Made by a program: the position numbers and the translations under genes. From contig NC_043012.1 of NCBI RefSeq assembly GCF_006345805.1, positions 39,122,001 to 39,186,000 on the forward strand: 64,000 nucleotides of DNA, given 5' to 3'. The notes below the pieces were generated by a model that was given only the letters and a program-made list of their open reading frames with translations, was not told the origin of the DNA and made no database searches. Positions within the stretch are counted from its first letter, which is position 1, and every line of letters starts with the position of its first letter. This DNA comes from Octopus sinensis (lineage: Eukaryota). Positions 13,315 to 27,314 of the stretch are shown here, one piece after another.

Positions 13315-14146
13315 TTAGGGTTGGCAACTAAGTTCCCGCCGATTTTTTTAATTTTGGAATTTATTGAGTTTTTAAATTGTAGAATCTATTTTTTCGAAAA
13401 ATCTATTTTTGAATAATTTTGGAATATAAATTTTTTTCTAATTAGTTTTAGTTAATTTTTGGTTATTTTCAGATCATTAAAAAGGAATGACAAGTTTAGA
13501 AAAACCAGCATTTTCGACACCTTTTTGCTTTTAATTATGGTTCTAAGGCCACAAAACCTACGTGAAACCGAACAAAAGCGGGCCTGAAACAAGGTCTTCA
13601 TCTAAAACGATGTTCTGCGTATGGTGGGACTGGGAAGAGATTATCCATTACGAATTTCTTGAACGGAACCAAAAGGTCAACGCGGAACTCAACAGATGTT
13701 CAACAGATGGAACGACTCAGCGCGGCAGTTCAAGAGAAAAGACCTAATCGTCAGCATGGGGTTCTTCTGCTGCACGACAACGCCCGCCCTCATATTGCCA
13801 ATATGAACCAAGGAAGCCATTCAAACGCATGGCTGGGAAGTGCTGCCACACCCGCGTACTCTCCTGATTTGGCACCAACGGATTTCCACTTCTTTCAATC
13901 TCTTTCAAATGATATGCGCAGAGCTTCGTTCAATACTGATGCAGAATTGAGAGCTTGGTTGGATCAACTTTTCGAGTCGAAATTGGATGATTTCTACCAA
14001 CGAGGTATTAAAAATCTTGTTGAATGTCGGGAAGATGTTTTAAACAACACGGGTGAATACATTGTTGATTAATTAGTTGTTGTTCTTTATTAACCCTTAA
14101 AAAAAATTAATTTTAAAAAACGGCGGGAATGTAGTTGCCAGCCCAA
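13315..14146 (+). mobile_element. Internally deleted mariner transposon (mellifera-subfamily-like)
   Basis: TIRs TTAGGGTTGGCAACTAAGTTCCCGCCG and CGGCGGGAATGTAGTTGCCAGCCCAA, flanked by TA on both sides; transposase motifs QHFRHL, CVWWDWEEIIHYE, LLHDNARPH, YSPDLAPTDFHFF; frameshifted. Confidence 0.95.
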
Positions 14147-14536
14147 TACATAATTTCGTGGCAATGTCTTTTAATCTAAAGCAATGATGATGAAAAACCA
14201 ATTAATAAAGTTATGATTAATTCTGGGTAAGAGAGGCAAAGGAGACAGCACTATAGTAGAAAATGAGTAATGTGAATTAAATATAAAATGCAGCGGTTAG
14301 TTAGAGATCTTTAGTCGGTATGGTAAGTGACAAGTTTAGCGATATGTTTCAGTCGTATAAGACCTCATTAAGAAGCAGTCTAACCGTTGCTATCAAGTTG
14401 TTGATGACTAGGGAGAATATACGATAGACACCGAAGCTGCAAACACATTGTACAACAATAACATCAGAAAAAGTTTGCAATAACAATTAATATTAGATCG
14501 GAATCAATCACAAATAATAAATATGTGTATATATAT

Positions 14537-14599
<63 letters not shown>

Positions 14600-15174
14600 G
14601 TACGTGTGTATACATATTGGCCTTAAACAGCCTCTTGATGGCCCTGTTTTTATATCAACGTCTGCCTGTTCAACCATATTATTGTAACAAAACAAAAATT
14701 AACGAACCCATTGTCTTTATTATTTATATTTTCTTAAACACGCAAACAAATTAGAGTTTCTATCTCTATTTTTTTGGTTTTAATTCTTCCCTTTTCTTTC
14801 TTTAGTATTGTTTTTGTTGTTGTTGTTGTTACTAGTTTTTATATAAGTTTTTTTTTTCTATAATTCTAATTACTCGGTCTCATAATCCGATTTCCTCTTC
14901 TTTTCTCTTCCATTTGACCTTCCAACATTTTGTCCTTTCTCGCTCTGTCTACGTCTCTCTGCCTCTCGCTTCATCTCTGTCTCTATCTTCCTCTCTTTAT
15001 TTCTGTCTTTTACTATCGTCTTCTATTATTTGATTCGGTCTCTATATCTTTCCATCTTTGTCTCTCTCTCTTCTGTCTGTCTGTGTGTCTGTCTGTCTGT
15101 TTCTGTGTGTATATATATCTTATACATATATATATATATACATATACATATATATATATATGTGTGTATGTATA

Positions 15175-15230
<56 letters not shown>

Positions 15231-15669
15231 TATACATATACATATATGTATGTATGTATATATATATATATCGTTATGTCTCTCTCCCTCTTCTCTCTCA
15301 CCCCTAAATATTGACCCATATATCAGATGAATTCATTTGTTTACTTCGATTTTTCTAAGCAACAACTACAGCAGCAACAATATGAATTACAAGAAGGAAA
15401 ACAAAAGACAAAATACTTAAAAACCAACAAAAATAATTACCTAAAACCGTGATGCCCCACCCCCACCGCAACCAATAAGAAAATTCCCTCATATATAATA
15501 AAAATGCAAATACTAATCGAATTGTAGCCAAATATCTTTTCTTTTTCCTTTTAGTTTTGTTTTAGCTCTTTATGTTATATTTTATGTTGTTTTAAGTGGA
15601 ATTCAAGTCTTCTATTTTAGATTCTTTTTGTTTCTGCCGAAAATATTACCTACAAACACCAAATGTATA

Positions 15670-15728
15670 CATCATTATCATTATCATTATCTTCATTATT
15701 ATTATTATTATTATTATTAACATTATAA

Positions 15729-15781
<53 letters not shown>

Positions 15782-15792
15782 CCATTTATTAC

Positions 15793-15830
<38 letters not shown>

Positions 15831-15990
15831 TATTATTATTATTATTATTGTTGTTGTTGTTGTTGTTGTTGATATTATTATTATTATTATTATCCTCATT
15901 ATTACTACTACTACTACTGCTATTACTATTGTTGATATCATCGTTGTTCTTGTTCTTGTTCTTGGTGGTGGTGGTGGTTGTGGTGGTGGT
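15670..15990. repeat. Compound (ATT)n/(GTT)n/(CTA)n/(GGT)n microsatellite
   Basis: Direct inspection. Confidence 0.95.
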
Positions 15991-16709
15991 GTTCATTGCT
16001 TGAAAAGTACAAGAGTTTCCATTATTAGAACAAGAATTAGGAACATGTTGGAGAACATGGATAGGATTTGATCAAAGTTAAGCAGAATATTGAATACAAG
16101 CATTCATAGATTCTTTGGCGTCACCAAGGATACTCAAAGCTATGGAGGAGATTTAGGGCTGCCAAATATTTTGAATTTTGCCAAATATTTTACATAATTT
16201 ATCGCACATGTCTCGGTCCGCACTAAACATAAATATGCACGAGAGTGTCATATGAACCGCGAAGATCTTATTTGTCAATGAGGAATGTGACTTAATGTTC
16301 TTCTTGAAAACGGAAATAAAAAACATAACACTGTCAATACATAAATAACAGTTCTAAGAAAACAATTATTGATGTGCGTTTTTATTTGTGTCTCATCGAT
16401 AAGGAGTCATGAGTATGTAGGGTGGGGTACTCTAATAATGAAATCGAGGAATACGCGTGATGACAAGTGCTTATTTTGTGACACAAACCTGCCCACAGGT
16501 GGATGGCAAAAGATGTGGGATGATGGAATAAAATGCAAAATTTTCCAAATTTTCGGAAAAGGAACGGGCAGCACGATTACGGAGGAGCCTTTTCATGACT
16601 ACCCCCTCAGAAAAGAGGTCTACAAACACGTTCTTCGAAAACGATATGATATGACATCTCACTGAAATTTTCGCCACCTATTATTACCTTACTAAGTATG
16701 AGTATATAT

Positions 16710-16920
16710 CCTTTTCTACTCTAGGCACAAGCCCCGAAATTTGGTGGAAGGGGGCCAATCGATTAGATCGACCTCAGTACGCAACTGGTACTTAATTTAT
16801 CTACCCCAAAAGGATGAAAGGCAAAGTTGACCTCGGCAGAATTTGAACTCAGAACGTAAAGACAGACGAAATACCTTTAGCATTTCACCCGGCCTGCTAA
16901 CATTTCTACCAGCTCGCCGC
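16710..16920 (-). mobile_element. tRNA-derived SINE family B
   Basis: Reverse complement reads GCGGCGAGCTGGTAGAA…GAGTTCAAATTC (B-box)…GAGGTCAACTTTGCCTTTCATCC…AAGTACCAG; shared with 38011, 48490 and 63444. Confidence 0.9.
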
Positions 16921-18751
16921 TTTTTTATACATTTATGTATATACCTGCACAAACTTAGGCCTGGCCTAAATATAAAATTACTTGCTTAATTAAGTCAGGA
17001 CAATAGATATGGATGTGGAGTGCTTTATCAAGAACAGTACTTCAATCTGGGTTTCCTGTAGCTACAAACTTTAGCATCATTTGTTTGGCCTGGTTCAATG
17101 GAAATGATTTCGAGGACCGAATAATCTCTCTAAATTCAGTTGGCAACTTATTGGTGCTGGACATGAACAGAAGCCAAGGGCCACCACTTCGAATTTTTAA
17201 TCCGCGCTTGATGATATGTATAAATACGAGTTTCTGGAAGGTTAGTACATTGTTCCTGATATGGAACAACCTGAACGACCAGATTGGCGAACTAATTATC
17301 AGGCAAAATGACAAGAATATAACACAGAAGTATCGACAGTTTTTAGGATATTTTAATGAGTGTAACATTCGAGTATAAGACAAATAAAGAAAACCCTGAG
17401 AACGAGCAGCGGGAAAGTGGCGGGGAAGTGGTGCTAGAAAATTTGAGAAAAATCCAGATGGTTATGTTGCCAGAGCGCGATCTTCACGACTAATTTTACA
17501 GATACAAAGCGTAGATACTTGGGAAGATGTTGGTGATTCTCGTCTGTAGTTTGGTTGGATGACAGTCACGTGTGACTATAGGCAGAATCTAACCAAGATT
17601 ACCTCTACTTTCTGATAAGGATTTTCATTCTTTATAAGAATTAGAGTACCTTGGAAATCACCCGTTGATATATTGTTTTCTTGAGACTCTAGATGAAAAA
17701 AGAAGTTGAGATTTAGCAGTTGTTTTTAGCAGATAGCACGACTATATAGAGGCTCCCTCTAGATCAACGATGTTTTAATTTGGTAGCAGCAGTGAAAGTG
17801 AGTTTATCCTACTGGGCAGGAAATAAAATATTTACTTAATATATACTGTAGTTCACCAGTTCGATCAACAGGTTCAAATATTTGCAATACTGTTCTCAGC
17901 TGAGTTCTTGAATCATTCAACAACCAAATTGTATTTGGTAGATAAAAATTATTCCGAAACGTGACGTCAATGCTACTTCACAATGCGATTGGTGGAGAGG
18001 GTGTAGTTAGATAGAAGAACGTGGGAACTAAAACAAGTTCGAAGCTTTTACTTTAGAATAGCTTATCACTAGCGTTAAGATGCTCGGCTCTTACTATTTA
18101 GACGCAACTATTTTGAGACATCTACATTAAATATTTATGCACGTGATAATAATAGAAATAAGATAGAGAAGCTGGCACACTCTTTAAAATTGTATATCGA
18201 GTGAATCTCTTGACGGTAGAAAATGTTAGAGTGAAAATATCGTAGAAAGAAATCACAGCCGTTCCTCCTGCCATTGGCAAGAAAAAGTTTCAAATTTGAA
18301 TCTCCTCTTCCTTTTATTTTTCTTCAGCTTTTTTTTCTTTTTTCTCTCTTTTTCAATTATCTCAGCCAATGAACATTTGACTGTGGGTGGCTTGGCAAAA
18401 TGGAAAACATATGACGTCATAGATATTTAACCACTCCGCCATTTGTGGCATAAAGTTAAACAGGAAATCTATCTTTACTAGAAGCTTCAGTATCGATTTG
18501 CTTCGACCACTCACTACCACGTTGAAGGTTGTTAGTTATGGGCAGAGGTAGAGGTTATGAAGTCGATCTCTGTGGCTATTTCAAACTAGATCTCCTTCGA
18601 TGGAAATTACATTGACTGAAAATTACATTGATAGTCTCGCATACTAAGTCGTTACTTAAACGTCACGCTACCTCTTTCTTCTAATAACTCACCGCAGTAT
18701 CATTTTCTTTCTGCTCTGCCTTACACAACAAAACATTTCATATATATATAT

Positions 18752-18822
<71 letters not shown>

Positions 18823-18836
18823 GTGTGTGTGTGTGT

Positions 18837-18892
<56 letters not shown>

Positions 18893-19154
18893 AGATATCG
18901 AAATACACTCACACACACATGTATGTATTTATGTATATATATGGAGAGAGAGAAAGAGAGAAAGAGAGATAGCGATGCAGGTAAACACTGTTAATTCTGA
19001 TAATCATGTTCATCTCCATATCAGCTCACCTGGACTTTCCTAATGGCCATTCTTTAACCTTCGGACTTTAACCTCGATAAAGACATCGGATATCAAGTTC
19101 AAATCATTTGAGATCTACTGCTTTTTGACCATTTCTAGATCTCACCTGATGACA

Positions 19155-19254
<100 letters not shown>

Positions 19255-19289
19255 GGTAGATAGATTGATAGATAGATAGATAGATAGAT

Positions 19290-19380
<91 letters not shown>

Positions 19381-19382
19381 TA

Positions 19383-19560
19383 TGAGGGATATCCCTTCAT
19401 CAGAGAAGATATGAGAGTTAAATAGACGGAAATACTAGAGTTTAATAGAAGTTATTTTGGAAAGGAAGAGATATAGGAAGAGGTATGGGAAGTATAAAGG
19501 GAAATAAGAGAATAAAAATGAAAATATATGTTGGATGTTATATTTGCAGTTGCAGTTCCA
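19383..19560 (-). mobile_element. Inverted, truncated copy of a hammerhead-bearing PLE terminal repeat
   Basis: Reverse complement is colinear with 19569-19690 and ends CTCTGATGAAGGGATATCCCT, lacking the GAAA half. Confidence 0.65.
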
Positions 19561-19673
19561 ATAGATGTTGAACTGCGACTGTAACATCCTTTCTACTTCC
19601 TCTTTCTCTCCATCTCCAGAATATCTTCTTATATTGAATTCTACTATTTCCCTATATTTAATTCTCACTTATC

Positions 19674-19721
19674 GTCTCTGATGAACGGAAATGACTCATA
19701 TCCCTGAAACAGCTGTAAGAC
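19674..19721 (+). ncRNA. Minimal type-I hammerhead ribozyme motif
   Basis: GTCT-CTGATGA-[stem II 19685-19705, two mismatches]-GAAA-CAGCTG-TA-AGAC; stem I GTCT/AGAC; stem III ACAGCTGT is palindromic. Confidence 0.8.
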
Positions 19722-21679
19722 TACCTTTGTCTTTATAAATGCTCTAGAAATTTCACACTCTCTTGGTCTGTTGTTTTATTTTACTTATATATATGTGCGT
19801 ATATTTTTTCGCGGGCGCTTGTCAGCGTGCATTGGAGCGGTTCAACTTCTCCAGGCGCCAACGCCGCCTCAACGTTCCCTCCAACGTTCCCTCCAACGGC
19901 GCGCTGACATTATCATCAAACCGGCTGACAAGGGTGGAGCTGTAGTGGTGTGGCGCGCGGACCTCTATAGGGCCGAGGCTTTCCGCCAACTCAATGACAC
20001 CTCCTTCTATTCCCCTCTGCCCTCTAACCCCACACGTAGCTACCAACAGACGGTATCCTCTACTGTCCGCGACCTCATCTCGTCCTCTTCTCTCCCCGCA
20101 CCGCATCCAACCTAATTGTGCGAACCCCACGTACCCCCACCATTTACTTCCTCCCCAAAATCCACAAACCCAACAACCCTGGCCGCCCCATCGTCTCCGC
20201 CTGTAACTCTGCCCCACGGAGCTCATCTCTAAATACCTCGACCGTGTCCTTGCCCCCCTAGTGGCATCTCTTCCCTCCCACATCCACGATACCAACCATG
20301 CTCTCCGGCTTTTCAACTCTTTCTCCTTTCCTCCCGGCTCCTCCAAAATCCTTTTCACTATGGACATCCAAAGCCTCTATACTGTTATCCCTCACCACGA
20401 AGGACTGCAGGCCCTTCGACACTTTCTTGACCTCCGCTCTAACCCTGTACCTGACACCTCCACACTCATTCGTCTGCCGACTTGTCCTTACTCTGAACTG
20501 CTTCTCTCGTTCGCGGGCGAGTTCTACCATCAGGTCTCGGGAGTGGCCATGGGAACGCTAATGGGCCCCAACTATGCGAACCTGTTCGTTGGCTATGTTC
20601 AGGACCAAATATTCTCTAATTTCACTGGTCCCACTCTGAACTATATGGTCGTTACATTGACGACATTATCGGTGCCACCTCACTCTCCCGTGAACATCTA
20701 GATTCCTTCCTCTCTTTCGTCCAATCTTTCCATGCAGCCCTCCACTTCACTTCCACTATCTCCAACACCTCTGTCTCCTTCCTCGACATTTCGGTTAGCA
20801 TTCTTCACTCCACTCTTAACCACCCTCCATTCACTACAAACACACAGACTCACACTCATACCTCAACTCTTCTCTTCCTCCCACCCAGAACACACCAAGC
20901 TTTCCATCCCCTATTCCCAATTCCTCCGTCTACGTAGTGACGACCATGACTTTGAGACTCAGTCTCAACGTATGGCTCACCACTTCACCCTACGTGGATA
21001 CCCCCTCACCACTATCCACACCGCCCTTGCCAGAGCATGGTCCGTGGACCGTGTATCTGCTCTCTCTCCCCGACCCCGCCCTGTAGTCTCCCGCCTCCCT
21101 TTCCCTCACTTACCACCCCACGACCCTACGTCTCCACGCACCATTCTTCGAGCTTTCCGTCATCTCCAGTCCGACCCGTCCATTCACACCTCTTCCCTAA
21201 CCGACCCCTCCCCTCTTTCAAACGAGCCCACAACCTTCGAGACCTTTTGGTCCATAGCTCCTTCCCTGACCCTACCTCCCAACCCGGCTCGTTCCCCTGC
21301 TCCCGCCCACGTTGACGCACTTGCCCTTACCTCTCCAACACCACCCGCCTCACTAGCACCCACCATCGACCCTATCCCATCATCCACTCCTTCACCTGCA
21401 CCTCCAGCAATATTATCTATTGCGTCTCTTGCTCTCTCTGCAATTCCTTGTACATCGGACAAACGGGACGCCGCTTGGCTGACCGGTTCGCGGAACACCT
21501 CGTGACATCCACCTTGCGAACGACACACCGGTCTCACGCCATTTCCGCTCCACCACGTCACTCCTTGCAACACCTATCTATGTTCGGTTGTCCTTACACA
21601 GAGGCCATCCGGATTCCCGTTTGCGCCGTGAACAAGAATTAATCTTTTCTCTTCGCTCTTATACGCCATTTGGTCTCAC

Positions 21680-21985
21680 TCTCCCCCCTCCTCATCTAAC
21701 CCCCCTCTCCCCCCTCCTCACCTATCCTTCCCCCCGACCCCTACTTCTTCAGTCCTTCATCCTTCACTCCTACTCCCCTTCCCTTCTTCCCTCTTTCTCT
21801 CCCTCCTTCCCTCTTCCTCTGCTCCCTCACTCCCTTCTTCTCTCTCTCCCCCCCTCTTTTCCCCCCTTCTCTCTCCCCCCTCCCCCTCCCTTCCTTCTCC
21901 CCCTCCTCTCCTCTTCCCCCATCTCCTCCCCCTCTTCTTCCCCTCCCCCTCCCCCTCTTCTCCCATCCTCCCCCTCTCTCCTCAC
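21680..21985. repeat. Polypyrimidine (C/T) low-complexity tract in the PLE 3' region
   Basis: About 300 bp composed almost solely of C and T. Confidence 0.9.
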
Positions 21986-22407
21986 TACACCACACACGAC
22001 TTTACACATCACATCATTTATGATGTGCCATACTAATACATACACCAACTAATACATACTAATACGTACTAATACATACTAATACATACACCAACCCTAT
22101 ACATACAGACGTCCAGACCCCTCATACGCACTTATACTCTCTCATACACACACACACACACACTTATACATACTAATACGTACTAATACATACTAATACA
22201 TACACCAACCCCATACATACGCCTGTCCAGACCTATCCTAGGGTCACTCAACCCTATTATCAACCCTATTATCTCCCCTTATTTCGCTCTCGCGTCTCAT
22301 GTTTGATCTTTGACCTCTGGCCGAAATCAGATCGCCATGTTGATTCGTTAGTTACTGCACGCATTTTTTTTCTCTCCTTCTTTCTGTGTTTTTTTTCTCT
22401 CTGTGTA

Positions 22408-22445
22408 TCTTTCTGTTGAAGAGCGTAGGCTCGAAACGTTAAAGA
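22408..22445 (+). ncRNA. Variant minimal hammerhead motif in the PLE terminal repeat
   Basis: TCTTT-CTGTTGA-A-GAGC-GTAG-GCTC-GAAA-CG-TT-AAAGA; stems I and II pair perfectly; core has U at position 6 and an extra A. Confidence 0.65.
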
Positions 22446-22542
22446 GTTGTTTTATTTACATTTCCTGAGCGCCATACTAATACAATTGTTCGTTTGTTTT
22501 CCACCTGCCTTCGTCTTTTGTCTATTTTCATAAAGCTTCCCG

Positions 22543-22617
<75 letters not shown>

Positions 22618-23470
22618 CGAGGTAAGTTTGCAGTAAATTGAGTGATCACTCAATAATTTTGTTTTAGAGATGTTTAGCCTTGCCGGCCGACTTCGGTGCT
22701 AGGGTTGGTTGAACTGGTACTTTATCCTGAGGGAGAGTCATTATCCGATGATTTGGAAAATTCTTTTACAACAATGACGAGCAAGCTCTATTTGTATACA
22801 TGTGAGACATTGCATAGGCACTGCTGGCCTTCCATATAATTATGCATGAACTCTGGAGAACGATTGACGTTCTCAGTTGAGAATAGATTACCAGGCATGA
22901 TATATAGTCATGACAGAGCGTAGAGTGATTAAGAAATTTCGACCGAAATCATGAGATTCTGGTTCGCTACGCTTGTATGTATATATGCAAGTATGCGTGT
23001 CTATGTGGTGTGTATGACTTCAATTTGCATCTGGTTATGGGGTTCTTGTTCATTAATTTCCAGTGTTTTGAGGAATGTTGAACCAGCTCTTAGTCACAAA
23101 TTCTTCTCAGGTCTACTCTGACACGGAGTAATAGCACCTGTCAGGGCTCCCCTTATATGTTAACTAGTATATGAGCGACGGGAGGTAGAAACACTCGCGT
23201 TGGTGTCCGAGGGTGTCGTAAGTCCAGTGGGAGTGAGCGCCCGCTCGTCATTGTTAGAGGAATGTAAAATCGGATGCTCTACTGAGTCGGATATTTTGCC
23301 CTTTCCATTTTCCCTGGCTCTGGGCTTCTTGGTATTGCTAATGCAATTCGTTTTGGTGCTGTACAAGGCTACACTCAACATAAAACCCTGGTACGAGCAT
23401 AGCTGACACATACCGGCCAGCAATGATCATGCTCGCCAAACGAGAAGACGGCTATCATGTATATATGTAT

Positions 23471-23880
23471 GTAGGTGTGGCTTATGTGGTTAGAAGTTTG
23501 CTTTCCTACTACATGGTTCCGGGTTCAGTCCCACTGCGTGGCAATTTGGGTAGATGTCTTCTAATATAATCACTCAGATCGGCCAAAACCAGGTGAGTGG
23601 TTTTACTGGACGGGAATATGTGTGTGTATGTGTGAGCGTGCGTTCGCGTGCATATGTGTGTGCGTGTGTGTAAGTATGTATGAGTGTGCCTGTCTGCGTG
23701 TATGTGTGTATGTGCGTGTACGTGTATTTCTGCGTCTCTGTTTTGTAAACCTTCAATATATTAACTTAGAAAAAAAACAATAAAAAGACGGAATTTGATT
23801 CGTTCCCAAAAATTTCTTCAAGATGGCGTCCGAGGAAGAGCGCAGCAAAATGGCTGATACGAGTAGAACAAGATTAAGAT
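23471..23880 (+). mobile_element. SINE family A, old copy with expanded internal (TG)-rich tract
   Basis: Head acatggttccgggttcagtcccactgcgtggca is clear; tail is degenerate at 23800-23880. Confidence 0.75.
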
Positions 23881-23975
23881 ATATACATATGCATAACACA
23901 AGAGAGTTAGCTTTACATTTGTATACTTTATCTGAGTATCAATAAATGACCAGCCTGCGAGTAAAATGTTTTCCG

Positions 23976-24190
<215 letters not shown>

Positions 24191-24763
24191 CTGCCTATAT
24201 GTATATATATATATATATATATACACATATATATGTATATATGTAAATATACATATATAAATATATATATATATGTATTATTTACATATAATTATAATAA
24301 ATATATATATATATAATATAAGAATATATATGTATGTATATATTTATGTATAGCTATGTATATACGTCCTCGCAACAGACACACTCATAAATAGTCTTAT
24401 GATGGGCACTGTGGAAATCCATGGAAAATACTTCCTCAAAAATTCCGTTCTCTTCCCCACTCTTCCCCACCCATTACACAATGGTGTCTGCGAGTGTATC
24501 GAACAAAGCGTCCTTCTTGTTGTTGCTATGTTTTCTATTTTTCCGAAAGATACATCGTTAAACAATATCACCTTTTGTTCTAAATTCAATGAACGTACAA
24601 TATCCTAATCAATTCTTCATTGTCTTACATATCTATTTAATATTGCTGCAATAAATATTATCCTCTCTAACGCCTTCCTCTCATTACCATATTTAATAAC
24701 CGCATTACTTGTATTAACTATTAATATACTCCTTCCACTCATCCCCTTTCCTTTTCATAGTTA

Positions 24764-24818
<55 letters not shown>

Positions 24819-25793
24819 TAATAATAATTATAATAATAATAATTATAATAATAGTTATCATTATTATAATCATTATCATCATCATCATCATCATATTTGT
24901 TATTATTATTATTATTATTATTATATTATTATTATTATTACTATTGTTTAAGTAATGGATTGCTTGAATCGTTAGAGCCACAGAAAAAAGGAACTTACGG
25001 CATTTGTTACGGCTATTAGTTCCTGAGTTCAAGCGATGCCGAAGTCAGTTTCGCATTTCATCCCTCCAGGGTCAATAATAGAGTGTTCCACTGAAGGACA
25101 CGACATACCCTTTTTGCATATTGCGAACGCACAGAAATTCCTCATAATTGACAAATTATTGTCTTTGTATAAGGAAAAAAAATGAAAAAAAAATTGATAT
25201 TGAAAACAATGCCGGGATGAATGAGATGTAATCCGGGTAGAAAACTGGAAATAGTTTATTTTCAAATAGTTGTTTACATTTATGATTCAAGCAATGACTA
25301 AAGCGGGGACAAAATACCAACAAAAAACAACAACAAGAACATGATGAAGGGGTTATGGATGAAATATTAATTTCCTAGACCAATCTTTATTCACAAAGTG
25401 TACGGTGTTTTCGCGGTAAAGACTATCTACTGGTCAAAACTATACTGTGGACACTCTTTAACAATTCTAGAACAGAGTTTTCTATTTTAGCAAAGATAAA
25501 AAACCTCACACAGGGAATATTAAAAGAAGGATGTGTAAAAGTAATTATAGAAGGAAAAAAAACTGAATTTCAATTGAAACTATTGCTTTGTACTTTTATA
25601 GCAGACAGAACGCTACAGTTATGTAGTGTTTGGGGGATAAGTATAAAACAGATGGTTATTACCAGAAGAAAAGTGAAACTTCTACCATAATAAGTTGTAT
25701 TTGATGTTCGTAAATATCTGTATGGTGGTGGTGGGGCGTGTGTGGAGAGTGGAGCGTATGTGTGGCTATGCTTATTCATATATATATATATAT

Positions 25794-25893
25794 TGTCAAT
25801 TCAAATGAAAAAGAAAAACAACGAGGACCTGCCCGAGCTTGGTGCTCGGTGAAAGGACAGAAGAATTTGACAGTTCGAGCTTAGCTCTTCGTC
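25794..25893 (-). mobile_element. Short PLE-terminal-repeat-like fragment with truncated hammerhead
   Basis: Minus strand reads GACGA-A-GAGC-TAA-GCTC-GAA-CTGTC; lies between two (TA)n tracts. Confidence 0.5.
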
Positions 25894-25922
25894 TAATATA
25901 TATAATATGTAATAATATAAAG

Positions 25923-25960
<38 letters not shown>

Positions 25961-25985
25961 TATATATTATATATAATATATATAC

Positions 25986-26021
<36 letters not shown>

Positions 26022-26178
26022 TATAATATATATTAATATACATATATATATATATATATATATATTTATGCACACACATATATATATATGTATGTATGTA
26101 TGTATGTATCTATGTATGTATAATATATTATATATAATATATATATTAATATATATATATATATGTTATAATATATAT

Positions 26179-26224
<46 letters not shown>

Positions 26225-27217
26225 AACTGAAACATGTTATAATGTATATATAAAAATTAAAAATTGTTAATACAGCAGCATTTTCGAACTTCATTTTTTT
26301 ACAAATATATATATATATATACTTAGTATTTGATAAATCGTATGGTATACACCTGGTAGTTTGCCAATGAAGACGTTCCTTGTCTTAGTGTGTTCGGAAG
26401 ATGATTGATTACTACAATTGCTTTGACCCATCTAGTATCGATCCCTCGAGGATAGGATATTGTACAACCGGTTTAGATGTATCACTCGGTGTAGATGTGT
26501 TTCCGCAAGTGATTTCGAGAGGCATCTCGTTAAAATAATCTCTGTGACGCACAACTTGGCGCGGGACGTTGTCTTCTTTGTCTTCGTATATAGAAAAGGG
26601 CAAATAAACGAACACGCTTCATTCTTATAGGAGATACATTAAAAAAATATGAGATAGAAAAAGAAATAAATACACAATACAGAGTAAATATGATTACGCA
26701 CAACCGTTAGTAGATATGGATATACAAACGGTCACATATACATGGTCTGGTGCACATGCACTCGGTCGTACCAACGGACATTCACATGCAAGCACACACA
26801 CAAGCGTGGTCTGGTGCACATGTTCTCGTACAAAGAATGAAGCGGGTATTAATAACTCCAGTATCTAGTACCGGCCAGTGATATGATACCTGTTGTTGAC
26901 GAGTCATAAATTCTGTGGTGCGTTCCACTTCATCTGGCTGACATATTTACAGTACTTGTGCACTCATGAATTCGGACTTGACACACTCGTGTACGTACTC
27001 ACACCGACAGAATCACACAATCCAGCGTATATTGCTATGTATACATCGGCACACACATATGTAAACAGTCTTACGTATATATCTATATATACCCGTAGTA
27101 ACATTAACATACGCCTGTTGGCGCATCTTCATAGGCTTGTATACTCTCACATACATTTAAATACATTTCGTTACGCAGATACTACCACATCTATCTAAAT
27201 GTATGCGTATAGGCATA

Positions 27218-27251
<34 letters not shown>

Positions 27252-27314
27252 TATATATATATATATGTATGTATGTATGTATGTACGTACATATGTATTT
27301 ATATATATATATAT

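Larger units (their letters stand above)
19810..22543 (+). mobile_element. 5'-truncated Penelope-like retroelement, Neptune-type (RT + C-terminal GIY-YIG), multiply frameshifted, with 3' terminal repeat
   Basis: Peptides IIIKPADKGGAVVV, LPKIHKPNNPGRPIVS, LFTMDIQSLYTVIPH, GVAMGTLMGPNYANLF, RYIDD, SIPYSQFLRL, FTCTSSNIIYC, YIGQTGRRLADRFAEH, REQELIFSL (19900-21675); CT-rich tract; 3' end shared with 58862-59043 and abutting (TA)n. Confidence 0.93.

Noticed and set aside
17013-17383. Overlapping 121-aa and 113-aa non-repetitive ORFs
   Set aside because: No recognisable domain or splice context; possibly a decayed retroelement but not supportable by eye.
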